NCBI GenBank assembly: GCA_965224215.1
Contig: CBDCYS010000026.1
Coordinates: forward strand, 43,596 to 107,595
Source: Bryobacterales bacterium
GTDB taxonomy: Bacteria > Acidobacteriota > Terriglobia > Bryobacterales > UBA6623
Direction: 5' to 3'
Length of the DNA: 64,000 nt
Position numbers and translations under genes: made by a program. Of this stretch, positions 63,401 to 64,000 are shown piece by piece (positions within the stretch are counted from its first letter, which is position 1; each line of letters starts with the position of its first letter). The notes below the pieces were generated by a model, which searched no databases, was not told the origin of the DNA, and saw nothing but the letters and a program-made list of their open reading frames with translations.

Positions 63401-64000
63401 CGGCTGACGCAGCGCGAGACCTCGCGGCCCAGTGGGGGCCAGAGGCGCATCCGAGGAGGAAGTTTCTGGGGCGAAGTGCTCGACGGGCGCTTCCCGGCGA
63501 ACTTCTTCCAGGCGAACCCGTTCGTCGCCAGCGCCCGCGGGCTGGTCAATGACAGCAGCTCGACTTATCACGCGGTGGAATTCGAGCTTCGCAGGCGCTT
63601 TGCCTCGGGTTTCTCGCTGCGAACAAACTACACCTTCGGACGGGCCATCTCGGACTTCGACGGCGACGAGACTACTCTTTCGAACGCCGTGCGGCCTAGT
63701 TTCGTGCGCTTTCCGCGCTCGGTGCGCGGCGAGTTCGCCCCGCGGCACCTGTTCAAGGCGAACTGGATCTACGAGCTGCCGTTCGGAGCGGGCAAGAGCT
63801 TCCTCAACCAGAAGAATCTCACAAGCAAGATCCTCGGTGGCTGGCAGTTCGGCGGCATAGTCAACTGGCGAGGCGGGCGGCCGCGCTCTTTCGTTTCCGG
63901 AGTGGGCACTTTCCACCGCAACGCCATCTCGGACATCAACACTGTGAATCTTTCGCAGAATGTTGACGGCGAGGCGATCCGCGATCTGACGGGGCGCCGG
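60413..64000 (+). CDS. TonB-dependent-receptor-like outer-membrane protein with carboxypeptidase-regulatory-like domain; 3' end outside window
   Basis: Not in the ORF track because there is no stop before the window end. Frame 2 is open for 1,196 codons from ATG 60413. MRFTIFRHALAALLLTAGAYAQQLTGTLEGTVADQQEAVIPDASVTAVHNETNSQYTSRTNGAGRFRIPNARLGTYTV..., then plug-like LELPLNGRNAAELA and SRGGAQISAVTRSGGNQFHGS. All listed ORFs in this span are in other frames or antisense. Confidence 0.9.
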   Translation, partial: MRFTIFRHALAALLLTAGAYAQQLTGTLEGTVADQQEAVIPDASVTAVHNETNSQYTSRTNGAGRFRIPNARLGTYTVTTELQGFKRSIVTGVRVEVGSTSSLTIQLELGEVVFEVTVTAEAAQAVINTLDAELSTTVDNRRVLELPLNGRNAAELAMQQAGVYYERSPNGQGDKFFVHGQRHGSIQITLDGIDTQDNYIKTSTIMIDQPLLALAAENVQEFKVVTGIASAEYSRGGAQISAVTRSGGNQFHGSLFAFNRNDVFSANDSFNNSSGVDTPQLNRNQFGGRIGGPIKRDRTFFYLGYQQTRRAKGVSINRTVYTAEARQGIFRYLDGLQNTPANVAANPDGIHSVNLLGCNPTVSAALGRDCFDQRFDGMNPASLDPFISGTVFGAIPLPNNFDSGDGLNTGGFRFNARSFTVEHLPSVRLDHRIADKHNFYTTLNYVDREIRGDFINNRLPVYPSLDSLGDRVTHSKGFSAALTSAFTPALVNEARFGFLGGENAFLINQPFDTPFTLDLNTITDPYDWDDNDDVRDNRTVHLRNVTSWVKGNHQLKFGVEWRERFVDRYDFDRVNAFGAISFDDNDAPDAFSTGDLNSLSGAGRIHSTNAETARDLVNNLTGSVGEVFQNYNVQTLDSGFVPFFPERRTFKNHEFDWFINDQWQLKPNFTLNLGVRWEYATVPFAANGLALAPEGGLDAPFGISGPQGFFKPGTFNGRPCSELDALPVDKTRSNAIALIQGCATQYFPATSSNGRPLWNDDFNNVGPVVSIAWDPFRDGKTSIRAGFRISYIQDAFALVGANLDDNEGLEVRQSCVTSEDECLANPQLLRDVLGGPPPVPAAPEFQLPASRSFLDSTAIDFRAFDPDIGTSYYNEWTFGISREIFDNWAFEARYIGNRGVALRRMADFNEINVEALDPVTGQTFRDAFITAQGNLDCNRRSGEGNTFLDTTGAPCIVPNPLMAALTRNDASRLAGSRGRPSLRTALELNQTGEFVYRLTQRETSRPSGGQRRIRGGSFWGEVLDGRFPANFFQANPFVASARGLVNDSSSTYHAVEFELRRRFASGFSLRTNYTFGRAISDFDGDETTLSNAVRPSFVRFPRSVRGEFAPRHLFKANWIYELPFGAGKSFLNQKNLTSKILGGWQFGGIVNWRGGRPRSFVSGVGTFHRNAISDINTVNLSQNVDGEAIRDLTGRR

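Overview
About 60% GC, gene-dense bacterial chromosome segment. It is probably Acidobacteriota; this is an inference from two very large CarboxypepD_reg-type TonB-dependent-receptor-like outer-membrane proteins, Solibacter-style secreted proteins and a fused LptF/LptG. All family calls rest on motifs read by eye; no searches were run.

Conserved blocks:
- partial class-III aminotransferase
- polA
- a TetR-OMF-MFP-RND efflux operon, followed directly by a PQQ/cytochrome-c alcohol dehydrogenase
- cyclase, SDR and cyanophycinase-like genes
- an ECF sigma / anti-sigma / TonB-receptor-like cluster
- a PLP dehydratase, then fused lptF-lptG
- glycerophosphodiesterase
- the phoH-ybeY-corC-era operon
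- a second receptor-like gene running off the right edge (60413..64000). The ORF track misses it because it has no stop inside the window.

Accessory content is heavy:
- a decayed ~6.1 kb island at tRNA-Leu(CAG), bounded by a perfect 42-bp repeat
- five insertion sequences: two IS1595-family, one IS1182-family, one IS481/IS1202-like and one IS630-family
- a 532-bp MITE-like element
- several short dispersed repeat families
- several pseudogenes (NHL-repeat, pectin-acetylesterase-like, a Tat-signal gene hit twice)
- a MazF/RHH toxin-antitoxin pair

The most interesting candidate is a 1,044-aa WD40-Roc-COR-zinc-ribbon-TIR gene. It is split cleanly by the IS630 element and sits next to the toxin-antitoxin pair. 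It looks like an undescribed NTPase-TIR immune-sensor-type architecture, but it is inactivated here.

No rRNA genes or CRISPR arrays were seen.
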